A stretch of DNA of 39,314 nucleotides from positions 1 through 39,314 of the IMG/VR virus record IMGVR_UViG_3300033067_000415. One strand, given 5' to 3'. Source of the stretch: a virus. Lineage: Duplodnaviria > Caudoviricetes. Below, one piece after another: positions 14,686 through 23,421 of the stretch; within the stretch, counting starts at the first letter, position 1; every line of letters begins with the position of its first letter. A program made the translations under genes and the position numbers. Under the pieces are notes generated by a model. The model saw only the letters and a program-made list of their open reading frames with translations. It did no database searches and had not been told where the DNA came from.

Positions 14686-15471
14686 TCAGATCGGTGCATC
14701 CTCGGACATGTCTGCGGCGTCTGCGGCGTCGGCGTCAGCCCCCGCCTTGACTTCATTCTGTGCCACGGCCTTCGCGAAGGCGAAGCCATTCTCCAGAATG
14801 CTGCGGTCCTGAATCCACCCGTGGTCCTTGACCTTGTACTTGTACCACGACTGAGCGCCCTTCTGAGTGAAGACGGTGCTCAGCTCGTAGCTGCGGGTGA
14901 ACGCAGGAGCCTTGACGTTCTTGCCGGGAATCGTGAACTGCTTCATCAGCGCAGTCCACTGGCGGCTGACCGAGTGGTTCGTGCCGGACATGGCGATCAC
15001 GACCGGAATGGTCTGCTCGCCACGCAGGATGTTGCCGAAGTGATGACGGGTCTCCACGAGACGATTGTTCGTCTCGGGCATACGCCACTCCCTCTTGCCC
15101 TGCGCGTTGGTGATCTCCTCCGCAGCGACAGGGCGAGCCTCGTACGCATACTGAGCGACGGGCGCACCACCCTCCCCCGGCTCTCCGGTCCACTCCACCC
15201 ACTCGTGGGTGAACCCGCAGGGCTGGAAGATCACAGGCTCGTCGAGAGGGAATGTCATCTGGAGCGACCGGATGATCATCATGCCCGCCTCGGCACCCTC
15301 GATGTGGCGCTCGTGCTTCTTCTTGACCTCGCCCGAGTTGTCCTGCAGAATGGACAGCACGGGGATGAGGCTGTCGTCAGCCTTCTCGGAGTAACCGAGA
15401 ACATCCGAGCCGAGCATCTCGTCGCTCAGCATCGGCATGGCATATTCGTCCTTCACCGCAATATCGGTCAT
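14686..15471 (-). CDS. Putative ssDNA-binding / annealing protein
   Basis: DD..IP.L.ILQ..S.EV motif, aromatic beta-rich core, acidic tail ending EDAPI, position in the replication block. Start re-called to MTDIAVK. Confidence 0.6.
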   Translation of the reverse strand: MTDIAVKDEYAMPMLSDEMLGSDVLGYSEKADDSLIPVLSILQDNSGEVKKKHERHIEGAEAGMMIIRSLQMTFPLDEPVIFQPCGFTHEWVEWTGEPGEGGAPVAQYAYEARPVAAEEITNAQGKREWRMPETNNRLVETRHHFGNILRGEQTIPVVIAMSGTNHSVSRQWTALMKQFTIPGKNVKAPAFTRSYELSTVFTQKGAQSWYKYKVKDHGWIQDRSILENGFAFAKAVAQNEVKAGADADAADAADMSEDAPI

Positions 15472-15475
15472 GGTG

Positions 15476-16075
15476 TCAGCGTTCCTTCTTTCTGACAATC
15501 TCGGCGACAGTTTCGTAGGTCGCGCCGATCACCTCCAGGTCGACCGGAGTCGACCCTTCCTCGAGCACCGACCGCACGAAGGCGGTCAGCGTATTCCACT
15601 GCACGGATGGCTCCATCTTGATACTTGCCTCGAGCTCCACCTCGGCCAGCATCTGACGAACCCGCTGCGCGATTGCGAGCATCTTGTCGTCGGACCCCTT
15701 GCCAGCGGAGACGACGAGCGTCTGCTTGATGAGGTCCTCGCCACCGATCTCCCGCAGGTGATCGAAGGCCCGCTGCTTCTTGTCGTCTTCCCACGACGAG
15801 CTGATGCTTGCGTGGCACTTCTGCTTGAGCTCCACGCGAACGCCATCGGACCCCGTCACGTCCACACCAATCTCGTTCATGAGATCGGGAAGCTCCTTGG
15901 TCTGCACGAGGTGACGACGGGTCTTCTTGTTCTTGAGCTGCTCCTCGAGCCGAGTCACCTCGGAGTCCAGGTCCACCAGCTCCTTGGCGAGCTTTGCCAT
16001 CTCCTGCATCTTGCTGTCAGGAACAGCGGAAAGTCCGTCAGCAGCCCTCGCGAACTGCTCCAGTAGGTCGTTCAT
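15476..16075 (-). CDS. Conserved phage replication-region protein with an N-terminal coiled coil
   Basis: Start MNDLLEQF after GGAG; LPDLM.E.G, AF..LR..G..DLIK, V.WNTL.AFVR. Confidence 0.7.
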   Translation of the reverse strand: MNDLLEQFARAADGLSAVPDSKMQEMAKLAKELVDLDSEVTRLEEQLKNKKTRRHLVQTKELPDLMNEIGVDVTGSDGVRVELKQKCHASISSSWEDDKKQRAFDHLREIGGEDLIKQTLVVSAGKGSDDKMLAIAQRVRQMLAEVELEASIKMEPSVQWNTLTAFVRSVLEEGSTPVDLEVIGATYETVAEIVRKKER

Positions 16076-16104
16076 TGTAGTCTCCAGTGTTGCCGCAGAA
16101 CACA

Positions 16105-16134
16105 ACAGTAGCGGTGGACGGCCCATCAGCGCAA
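16105..16134 (-). promoter_or_regulatory. Putative leftward promoter of the replication operon
   Basis: TTGCGC-N18-TACTGT with CGTC-cac-CGC before the -10; followed by GCAACAC-TGGAG. Confidence 0.65.
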
Positions 16135-16517
16135 GTGGTCCCTATTATTTGCCCCTTTACGCGCGCGCGCCCATCACAGTTTTGTTGCGTCAATACGTCC
16201 AGTGTAACCAATAAACCAATAGTCTGCAAGCATAACCCCATGTAGAGCAACAGAAACAGGCTATTGATTGACTATTGAACGCGCAGTACGGGAGGAGCAT
16301 TCTTAATAACTACACGAGCGCGGGGACGCGAGAAGAAGAAACTTTTTCCCTTACATGTGAGAGCGCATTACTGGCAGCGCGGCACCATAGCGCCACCCCC
16401 GCCCCCTGCGACCCCCGTCGAGCGCGTCAGAGGCATCAGCCAGCGACGCTGTGGGGGTTGCGGACCCCACCCTAGCCGCCGCCCGCCTTGGTCGTCTGGC
16501 GTCCTTCGCAGCCGCGT

Positions 16518-16546
16518 TTGCGTCCAGCCCGTTCGTGCGCTACAAT
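16518..16546 (+). promoter_or_regulatory. Sigma70-type promoter of the SNF2 helicase
   Basis: TTGCGT-N17-TACAAT with GTTC-gtg-CGC; then GCAACAG-TAGGAG and ATG at 16575. Confidence 0.75.
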
Positions 16547-16574
16547 GTGCCTCGGCAACAGTAGGAGAAGACTC

Positions 16575-18023
16575 ATGGTCTACGAGTTCAAGACTCGACC
16601 ATACGACCACCAGAAGCAGGCTCTTCGCGAGGCGCGGGGGCGGGAGGCGTTCGCCTTCCTGATGGAGATGGGGACGGGCAAGACCAAGGTCGCCGTCGAC
16701 GAGATCGGGATTATGTTCGACGAGCAGAACATCGACGCTGCTCTGGTCGTGGCACCGAAGGGCGTGTACGCGAACTGGACCAAGATCGAGATTCCGAACC
16801 ACATGCCGGACGATCTCGTCAAGAGCGCCGCAATCTACCTGTGGGACGGGATGGGAACGCAGCGGAGCAAGAACCTCGCTGAGCGGTGCCTGAGCCACCG
16901 TGGACTGAGCATACTCGTCATGAACACTGAGGCGTTCAGCTCGAGCAGCAAGGCCATCGCCTTCGCGAAGCAGTTCCTGAGTCGGCGCAAGGTCGCGATG
17001 TACATCGACGAGAGCACTCTCATCAAGAACCAGTCGTCGGCGCGGGCCAAGACTCTGACGAAGTTGGCTCCTCTCGCTCGCTTCAGGCGCATCATGACTG
17101 GATCCCCCGTCACCCGCAGTCCTCTCGACTTCTTCTCGCAGTTCCAGTTCCTCAAGCCCGGACTGCTCGGGACGTCGAACTGGTTCGCCTTCCGATCGAG
17201 GTACGCCATCCTGGAGCAGAAGGTGTTCGGAGGGCGCAGCATCCTGACGGTCTCCGGCTACCAGAATCTTCCTGACCTGACCGAGAGGGTCCGCAAGAAC
17301 AGCTTCCGCGTGCTCAAGGAGGACTGCCTGGACCTGCCGCCGAAGGTGTTCGTGCGACGAGAGGTCGAGCTGTCGGAGGAGCAGGCCAGAGCATACTCTC
17401 AGATGCGAGACGAGGCATTCGCAGAGCTCGCCAACGATCAGTTCGCCAGCGCCACGGCGGTCATCACGCAGATCATGCGTCTGCATCAGATCGTGTGCGG
17501 TCACATCACCAACGCCGACGGAGACCTCGTCCGCATCCCGAGCAGGCGAATAGACGCGATGCTGGAGACCTGCGAGGAGCTCTCCGGCAAGACGATCGTG
17601 TGGGGCAAGTATCGCGAGGACATTCGCGCAATATGCGCCACCCTCCGAGACGTCTACGGAGACCAGTCCGTGGTCGAGTATCACGGCGGAACGGGGGCCG
17701 AGGACCGCGCCACCGCTGTCCAGAGGTTTCAGAATGATCCCACCTGCATCTTCTTCGTTGCGAATCAGGCGACCGGAGGCTACGGCATCACGCTGACTGC
17801 CGCGTCGAACGTGATCTACTACTCCAACGACTACGACCTCGAGAAGCGACTCCAGTCCGAGGACCGCGCCCACCGCTCGGGCCAGACCAAGAGCGTGACC
17901 TACGTCGACCTCGTTGCTCCCGGGACCGTGGACGACAAGATTATCGAGGCGCTCATCAACAAGAAGAACATCGCCGACCTAGTCACTGGCGACGGTGCGA
18001 GGGGCTGGTTCACCAACACTTGA
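16575..18023 (+). CDS. SNF2-family (SF2) helicase
   Basis: PYDHQ, MEMGTGKT, IDEST.IKN, MTGSP, GGYGITLTAA, QSEDRAHR.GQ. The only credible plus-strand gene. Confidence 0.93.
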   Translation: MVYEFKTRPYDHQKQALREARGREAFAFLMEMGTGKTKVAVDEIGIMFDEQNIDAALVVAPKGVYANWTKIEIPNHMPDDLVKSAAIYLWDGMGTQRSKNLAERCLSHRGLSILVMNTEAFSSSSKAIAFAKQFLSRRKVAMYIDESTLIKNQSSARAKTLTKLAPLARFRRIMTGSPVTRSPLDFFSQFQFLKPGLLGTSNWFAFRSRYAILEQKVFGGRSILTVSGYQNLPDLTERVRKNSFRVLKEDCLDLPPKVFVRREVELSEEQARAYSQMRDEAFAELANDQFASATAVITQIMRLHQIVCGHITNADGDLVRIPSRRIDAMLETCEELSGKTIVWGKYREDIRAICATLRDVYGDQSVVEYHGGTGAEDRATAVQRFQNDPTCIFFVANQATGGYGITLTAASNVIYYSNDYDLEKRLQSEDRAHRSGQTKSVTYVDLVAPGTVDDKIIEALINKKNIADLVTGDGARGWFTNT

Positions 18024-18222
18024 CCGATCGACCGAACTCATTGTGAGCGAGAATGGCCTCCGCGTCGCGGTCCGTGAGACCGTCGATGGACGACTCGTCG
18101 AGCCGAATGGGCTTCCATCCGGCGCAGAAGTTATCTTGACCAGTCGTCGCGCAGCCGCTCGCGAGCATCGCGATCAGCAGCAATGCGATTCTCGACCTCG
18201 TTGCGTGCGTCGTGCCTCTCAA
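18010..18222 (-). CDS. o-spanin (Rz1-like lipoprotein)
   Basis: Hydrophobic stretch plus lipobox LASGC; overlaps the 3' half of the i-spanin in another frame; extra Cys residues. Confidence 0.75.
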   Translation of the reverse strand: MRGTTHATRSRIALLLIAMLASGCATTGQDNFCAGWKPIRLDESSIDGLTDRDAEAILAHNEFGRSVKCW

Positions 18223-18352
18223 GTGCTCTCTCCATGTCAGCGGAACGCGCCTTCGCCAGAGCGTTCTCGATCACGACAGACCTGAGTCGCAGCAGCCCCA
18301 TCACGAAGGCCGCTGCGACCAGTAGCCAGATTCTCCAGTTCAGGCGCATCAC
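18131..18352 (-). CDS. i-spanin (Rz-like)
   Basis: N-terminal TM helix and helical periplasmic part ending RLRDDWSR; directly after the endolysin. Confidence 0.75.
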   Translation of the reverse strand: MMRLNWRIWLLVAAAFVMGLLRLRSVVIENALAKARSADMERALERHDARNEVENRIAADRDARERLRDDWSR

Positions 18353-18972
18353 CTGTCACCGTCCGCCCACCGACGAATGCGCTCGCGCATGATCCAGAGA
18401 GCGGCCAGAACCACCACCCCCGCCAGACCGATCGCGATGATCTGAGCATAGCCGTCGAGAGCACCGACCGCCGCGACCCCCGCACCCACGCCGGAAGCGA
18501 TCTGAACGGCTGACGCCTGGACGGTCGAGGACTGCGCCGGACTGGTCCGAGGGGCGGGAGGTTCGTCTCCTGTTGCCCACTCCGACTCCGGATATGCCTC
18601 GCGGTCGAGCTCGAAGTGAGGACCGTCCTTGAAGGTCCGCCAGTCTCCGCCCCAATTGATTGCCACGCCCTCCGAAGCAGCAGCCGCCTTGACTGCGGGC
18701 GCGAGGCGATTGTAGAGAGGCCAGTCGAACGCGGCCTTGCCGTTCGGTCCGATGGGCAGAAGGTCGACCGCGTGTCCGGTGATGTGGCGACTGTTCATGG
18801 TCTTGGAGGCACCCTCGGCCACGAGCTGCCTCTGGCGCTCCTTGGTCCGCAGGCCCTCGATGACGACAAAGTCGAGAGGACTCTCCTGAAGAGCTCTGTC
18901 TATCACGCGACGCAGATCCGGATGGACGCCAGCGAGGTTCTTTAGACTCCTCGCACTGAACTTCCTTGTCAT
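18349..18972 (-). CDS. Endolysin, M15 (L-Ala-D-Glu peptidase-like) domain with C-terminal hydrophobic helices
   Basis: Start MTRKFSARS; L.GVHPDL, EGLRT..RQ, SRHITGHAVDL, WGGDW..F.DGPHFEL; TM-like tail IIAIGLAGVVVLAALWIM. Confidence 0.9.
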   Translation of the reverse strand: MTRKFSARSLKNLAGVHPDLRRVIDRALQESPLDFVVIEGLRTKERQRQLVAEGASKTMNSRHITGHAVDLLPIGPNGKAAFDWPLYNRLAPAVKAAAASEGVAINWGGDWRTFKDGPHFELDREAYPESEWATGDEPPAPRTSPAQSSTVQASAVQIASGVGAGVAAVGALDGYAQIIAIGLAGVVVLAALWIMRERIRRWADGDR

Positions 18973-19244
18973 CACTGTCCCCCGCTGATTTTGATGATGT
19001 ATGCACATCCCGCGCCGACTACGATCCAGATCAGCTTGTCCACCAGCTGATAGATGACACCGCGCTGGACGGTGACCTTTTCGACGGCGCTCATGCGGTC
19101 GGCAATCTTCGAGTGATTCTCGTCGTACTTGTCCATGCGCTTGAACAGAGTCACCATCCGCTCCTCCATCCGAGCCAGAAGCGTGATTGCCTCGGACATC
19201 TTATCGAGCTTATCTTCTATCCTCGACAGTCTCTCTTCGCTCAC
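18972..19244 (-). CDS. Coiled-coil protein with one C-terminal TM helix (holin/XhlA-like)
   Basis: RLSRIEDKLDK heptads, LIWIVVGAGCAYII TM segment, immediately before the endolysin. Confidence 0.6.
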   Translation of the reverse strand: MSEERLSRIEDKLDKMSEAITLLARMEERMVTLFKRMDKYDENHSKIADRMSAVEKVTVQRGVIYQLVDKLIWIVVGAGCAYIIKISGGQ

Positions 19245-19257
19245 TTCTGCTCTCCCG

Positions 19258-19578
19258 TCAGGCGATGGAGTCTACAATCTCGATCGCGATGAACCCGTCA
19301 GACGGGAACGTCTCGATCTTTCCGTCCGAGTATGTGATCTCGAACTCTCCCTCATACGCTCCGACGGTGGCCGTGTTCGGCGCAGTCCAGCGATACTCGA
19401 CGATGCCCGCCACCGAGACGACCACAGCGGCAGCGTCGATCAGAACAGAGGCTGATCCAGTCTGGCGCATATGGAAGCGAGCGCTCGCGCCCGTGAGGTT
19501 GATAGTTGTGCAGTCGTCGTATCTCAGAGTCGCGCGGAGGGCGGGGGACGTGTCACCCTTCTTGATGCTGAACGTCAT
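19258..19578 (-). CDS. BppU N-terminal-like virion protein
   Basis: F.IK.GDT.P.L...L, I.LTGA..RF.M, G.V.Y.W....T...G.Y.GEFE.T..DG...TFP. Confidence 0.75.
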   Translation of the reverse strand: MTFSIKKGDTSPALRATLRYDDCTTINLTGASARFHMRQTGSASVLIDAAAVVVSVAGIVEYRWTAPNTATVGAYEGEFEITYSDGKIETFPSDGFIAIEIVDSIA

Positions 19579-22466
19579 GCAACCTCCGCGATGTTGCGCC
19601 TCGGCTTTACCTCGGCGGTGGATACTCTGATCTCAGTTCTGGCGCTGCGAGTCTGCCCTGAGATGACGACGACTGAGTTTTCGACGACCTGAACTCGACT
19701 AACGAATTCTGCGCTATACTCTACCGATCGTCCCTCTGAGTTTCTGAGCTCGTTGCCGAGCGTCTCGATTGCCGGAAGGTACGAGTCGCCGTAGATAGAC
19801 ATCCTACGACTAGCGACACCATACAGCAGCGGCGCACCGAGAGTAAAGCCCCCACGACCACTCGTAGACTTCGATCCGACGCCCGATGTTCTCAGACGAG
19901 GCATGGTCGACACACCCGCCGCGCTTATCACGCGCTCGCCCACACCCGAAGCACTCGCCCTACCGAGCAAGATGCTACCCGCAGCGAACACCTCGCGCTC
20001 ACCTACGCCCGACGCCCGCACCTTCCCGAGCGACAAGACACCCGCAGCGGTCACGATTCTCTCTCCGACGCCCGACGACGTCACGCGACCGAGATTAACT
20101 CCCCCCGCCGCCTCGACCTCGCGCTCTCCGACACCAAGAGCCGAGATGCGCCCGAGTGTAACACTGGCCGAGCCGCGCACGACGCGCTCTGCCAGACCTT
20201 GAGCCTGCACCGACCCGAGAGTCGCGCTGCCGGACCCGCGCACGGTGCGCTCTGCCAGACCCTGCGCTCCGAGCCGAGGAAGCAGCGCACTGGACGAGCC
20301 GTTGATCTGGCGGAGCATATACCCGAGAGCGCGAGTGGCGGGGAGGGAGACGCTGCCGTCAGCCTCGATGACTCGAACACCTGCTCCGCTCGCGCTTATC
20401 TTCCCGAGAGTGATCGCACCCGCAGCGCCGATAGCCTTGTATCCGACGCCGGACGCCGAGACGCCGCCGAGGACCGCGGACCCAGAGCCGAAGAACAGGC
20501 GCTCGGCCAACCCACTCACCGACAGTTTTCCGAGGTCCGCGGACCCAGAGCCAGTGACGCTCCGCTCGCCAGAACCAGACGCGAGGAGTGCGGCCAGTGT
20601 AATCGCCGACGCGGACGTTACGATGCGCTCTCCGAGACCGGATGCCTGCGCCGCGCCGAGGGTCACAGCGCCCGAGCCACCTATGGACTTGACACCAGTG
20701 CCGGATGCACTCACGCCGCCGAGTGCCGCAGCACCGGAGCCAGTGAACAGCCTCGCCGCTGCACCTGATGCAGTGATAGCTGGCAGAATGTCGGAGCCGC
20801 TTGCAGTGATACCGCTCACGAGCGGATAGCGTATGATGACGATACCGTCACCGCCCTTTCCGGTCCCGACAGCCGCAGCGCCCGAAACCCAGCTCGTTCC
20901 TCCGGTCCCGCCTCCAGATCCGTCAGCGGCAGAGACTGAGCTTATGGTGGCTGCTCCACCGTTCGTTCCACCACCGACACCACCTGCTCCACTCGTACCC
21001 GTGTTGCGTCTGGCACCACCACCGCCTCCGGCAAAGGGAACCGAACCATCCGCGTAAATCTGGAACGAGAGGCCATCCCCGCCGTTCCCTGCGGAAACAG
21101 TCGTAGCTGTGCCTCCGACACCGCTCGCGCCACCTCCTCCACCTCCGAACCATTGCGAAGTATTGCCCGTGCCTCCGGCGAAGCCCTGACCAGCGATTCC
21201 TGTCCCCGGGAAGCTGGAGCTCGCGTTCGCGCCGCCACCGCCCCCAGAGCCGCCATTCAGGCCTGTGGTGTTCGTACCTCCTCGGCCCTTACCGCCTCCT
21301 GTGGCAGTCAGGCCGTTGAATGTGGTGTTCGTTCCGCGGTTTCCTCCGAGTGTGTTCTGGGCAGCAGTCAGGCCAGCGCCTCCGACACCGATAGCGATCG
21401 GATAACTCCCGGACGCGAGTGTGATTGGTGACCCAAAATTACTCAGGAGTCCGCCCGCGCCGCCACCGCCGCCGCCGATGTCTCGACCTCCGGAGCCTCC
21501 TCCGGCGACCATGATATATTCCACGTTACTGATGGAAATAGCAACAGTGAACGTCGCGTCGTCGACGAAGACGTGATATCTATAGGTCGTCGCACCGATT
21601 GTCTCGTCGAATGTGTTGTTCACCGTGGTGATGTCTACGGGATACCGAATCATGACGACACCGTCGCCACCCTTCCCGGAAACTGTGCTCGCACCGCCGC
21701 CAGCAGAGTATGTGCTGCTGACAGCTCCTCCACCCCCACCTAGTCCGTCAGTTCCGGCGTTCCCAGCGCCGCTTATCTTGCCAGCGCCACCGCCGCCAGA
21801 GCCGCCAGCGCCAACAGTGCCGCCACCACCAGTCGCACCGCCGCCTCCGCCATAAATTGTGGGAGTCCCGGTTATCGTTGACAGGACGCCGTTGCCCCCA
21901 GTCCGCACAGAAGCTGTGGTAGATGCACCCCCACCCCCACCCCCGGAGTGGTTGGTGGTTGAGAAGAAGGTGCCCGCCGCACCAGCGTTCCCTTGACCAG
22001 ATACTCCTGTTCCTGCGATGCGATTAGAGGCACCCGAACTACCACCACCTCCGCCCCCGGAGCCACCGTTTCTTCCGGGTGCGCTGGGACTTCCGCCACC
22101 ACCTCCGCCAGTTGCAGACAGTCCGTTGAACGTCGATGCAGTGCCGTCGTTGCCCTGATTCGTAGCCGCAGCACCACCGACACCGATAACGACTGGATAT
22201 GATCCAGCTGTGAGCGTAATCGGAGACCCGGAGTTGCTTAGAACACCACCAGCACCGCCACCACCAGCAGACGTAGCCGGACCAGACGTCCCAGCGTTCA
22301 CCCCCGTACTGCGCCCGCCCGATCCACCGCCCGCGACTAGCAGATACTCGATGTCTGAACCACCCTCAGTTACCGAGAGCGTTCCATCTCCGGAAAACCT
22401 GTGAAGTCTCCACAGCTTTCCGCTGTCCCACAGATAGCTGACAGTTCCTCCGGAGGCTTTCGTCAT
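19575..22466 (-). CDS. Glycine-rich tail fibre / filament protein
   Basis: Two tandem Gly-rich domains (H.F...T / EY..VAGGGSGG ... GDG.V.IRYP) followed by about 16 copies of a 21-aa repeat. Confidence 0.8.
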   Translation of the reverse strand: MTKASGGTVSYLWDSGKLWRLHRFSGDGTLSVTEGGSDIEYLLVAGGGSGGRSTGVNAGTSGPATSAGGGGAGGVLSNSGSPITLTAGSYPVVIGVGGAAATNQGNDGTASTFNGLSATGGGGGGSPSAPGRNGGSGGGGGGSSGASNRIAGTGVSGQGNAGAAGTFFSTTNHSGGGGGGASTTASVRTGGNGVLSTITGTPTIYGGGGGATGGGGTVGAGGSGGGGAGKISGAGNAGTDGLGGGGGAVSSTYSAGGGASTVSGKGGDGVVMIRYPVDITTVNNTFDETIGATTYRYHVFVDDATFTVAISISNVEYIMVAGGGSGGRDIGGGGGGAGGLLSNFGSPITLASGSYPIAIGVGGAGLTAAQNTLGGNRGTNTTFNGLTATGGGKGRGGTNTTGLNGGSGGGGGANASSSFPGTGIAGQGFAGGTGNTSQWFGGGGGGASGVGGTATTVSAGNGGDGLSFQIYADGSVPFAGGGGGARRNTGTSGAGGVGGGTNGGAATISSVSAADGSGGGTGGTSWVSGAAAVGTGKGGDGIVIIRYPLVSGITASGSDILPAITASGAAARLFTGSGAAALGGVSASGTGVKSIGGSGAVTLGAAQASGLGERIVTSASAITLAALLASGSGERSVTGSGSADLGKLSVSGLAERLFFGSGSAVLGGVSASGVGYKAIGAAGAITLGKISASGAGVRVIEADGSVSLPATRALGYMLRQINGSSSALLPRLGAQGLAERTVRGSGSATLGSVQAQGLAERVVRGSASVTLGRISALGVGEREVEAAGGVNLGRVTSSGVGERIVTAAGVLSLGKVRASGVGEREVFAAGSILLGRASASGVGERVISAAGVSTMPRLRTSGVGSKSTSGRGGFTLGAPLLYGVASRRMSIYGDSYLPAIETLGNELRNSEGRSVEYSAEFVSRVQVVENSVVVISGQTRSARTEIRVSTAEVKPRRNIAEVA

Positions 22467-22663
22467 GCGATGACCTCAGGCGGGGGGACGAAGCCGCCCT
22501 CCGGTGTCCAGAGCCATCCGATTGCAGGATACTCAGCCATGTCAGGAACCTCCACCCACAGTCCGGGGTAGAGGTCGGGATTCTCGTCGATGCGCTCGCG
22601 CGTCACTCGACGAATGTCGGTGACCACACCATCAGTCACCTGAGCGAAGTAGCCAGTCGACAT
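22463..22663 (-). CDS. Small tail-fibre-associated protein
   Basis: YFAQV.DGVV and Y..IGW......F.PP pattern, typical next to Gly-rich fibres; ATGA coupling. Confidence 0.65.
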   Translation of the reverse strand: MSTGYFAQVTDGVVTDIRRVTRERIDENPDLYPGLWVEVPDMAEYPAIGWLWTPEGGFVPPPEVIA

Positions 22664-22671
22664 CAGTCACC

Positions 22672-23052
22672 TCACGAGGCGGGCATGGTCACGGTAAACG
22701 ACGAGACGGAAATGGTGTCGCCAGCGCCGATGCTCAGCGAAGACAGGTTGAGATCGGACCCAGACGTTCCGACGTCACCGCGCAGAACCTCGACGTTGTT
22801 CCGATTGCGGAACATGAACTTGGCGGCGGTGCCTCCGGTCGCGTTGGTATCGTTCGCGATTGCGTTTGCCGTGGCAACGCCCGTCGACGCAGAGCCAAAC
22901 GCCGGATTCGAGAAGGCCAGAAGCGCCACCTGAGCGTCGGCGGACGTCATGATGACGAGGTCGCCGTTGGCGTCCGTGGTTCCAACGTCGATCAGGTCGA
23001 CGACTGCATCGCACGCGGCATTCCGCGCGGTCGTGGTGAGTGTAACGGTCAT
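22672..23052 (-). CDS. Putative virion fibre subunit
   Basis: ARNAACDAV, L.FS.PAFG.A..G.ATA, GTA..F, G.VGTSGSDL.L; small-residue beta protein in the fibre cluster. Confidence 0.7.
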   Translation of the reverse strand: MTVTLTTTARNAACDAVVDLIDVGTTDANGDLVIMTSADAQVALLAFSNPAFGSASTGVATANAIANDTNATGGTAAKFMFRNRNNVEVLRGDVGTSGSDLNLSSLSIGAGDTISVSSFTVTMPAS

Positions 23053-23363
23053 GCGGTGATCTCCAGTTTGATGACTCCGTGAAGCGGAACGTCAATTCGG
23101 TCAGGAAGTTTGAAGTAGTCGGGGCCATCGTATATCTCGGACACGGCCACAAGGGGATCCACGGCGCGATATCCGTCTGCCAGCTTCTCCAGACGCTTGA
23201 TGCCCTGCGCGTCCCGAGCCATAGGTCCGGACCAGATTCCGAGGTCGACTCGCTCCTGAGGAGTGAGCATGGCGACAATGGCCGGATGCAGATTGCTCGG
23301 ATCGTCTATCTTCGGACGACCGTCCCTGTCACGAACCAGACCGAACCCAACCTTTGCCGACAT
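23049..23363 (-). CDS. Hypothetical protein
   Basis: 104-aa ORF with GAGG RBS, ATGA-coupled to the next gene. Confidence 0.65.
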   Translation of the reverse strand: MSAKVGFGLVRDRDGRPKIDDPSNLHPAIVAMLTPQERVDLGIWSGPMARDAQGIKRLEKLADGYRAVDPLVAVSEIYDGPDYFKLPDRIDVPLHGVIKLEITA

Positions 23364-23386
23364 GACTCATCCTCGCGATTTTGTGC

Positions 23387-23415
23387 ATGGTAGCACGGAC
23401 CGTGTCCCGAGGCAA
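23387..23415 (-). promoter_or_regulatory. Internal sigma70-type promoter ahead of the fibre/lysis cluster
   Basis: TTGCCT-N17-TACCAT in the short 23364-23421 intergenic gap. Confidence 0.6.
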
Positions 23416-23421
23416 CTGGAG

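Noticed and set aside
19701-19720. CGC-TATACT match to the promoter motif on the plus strand
   Set aside because: It lies inside the fibre gene in antisense orientation, lacks the TC spacer element and has no downstream gene; probably chance.
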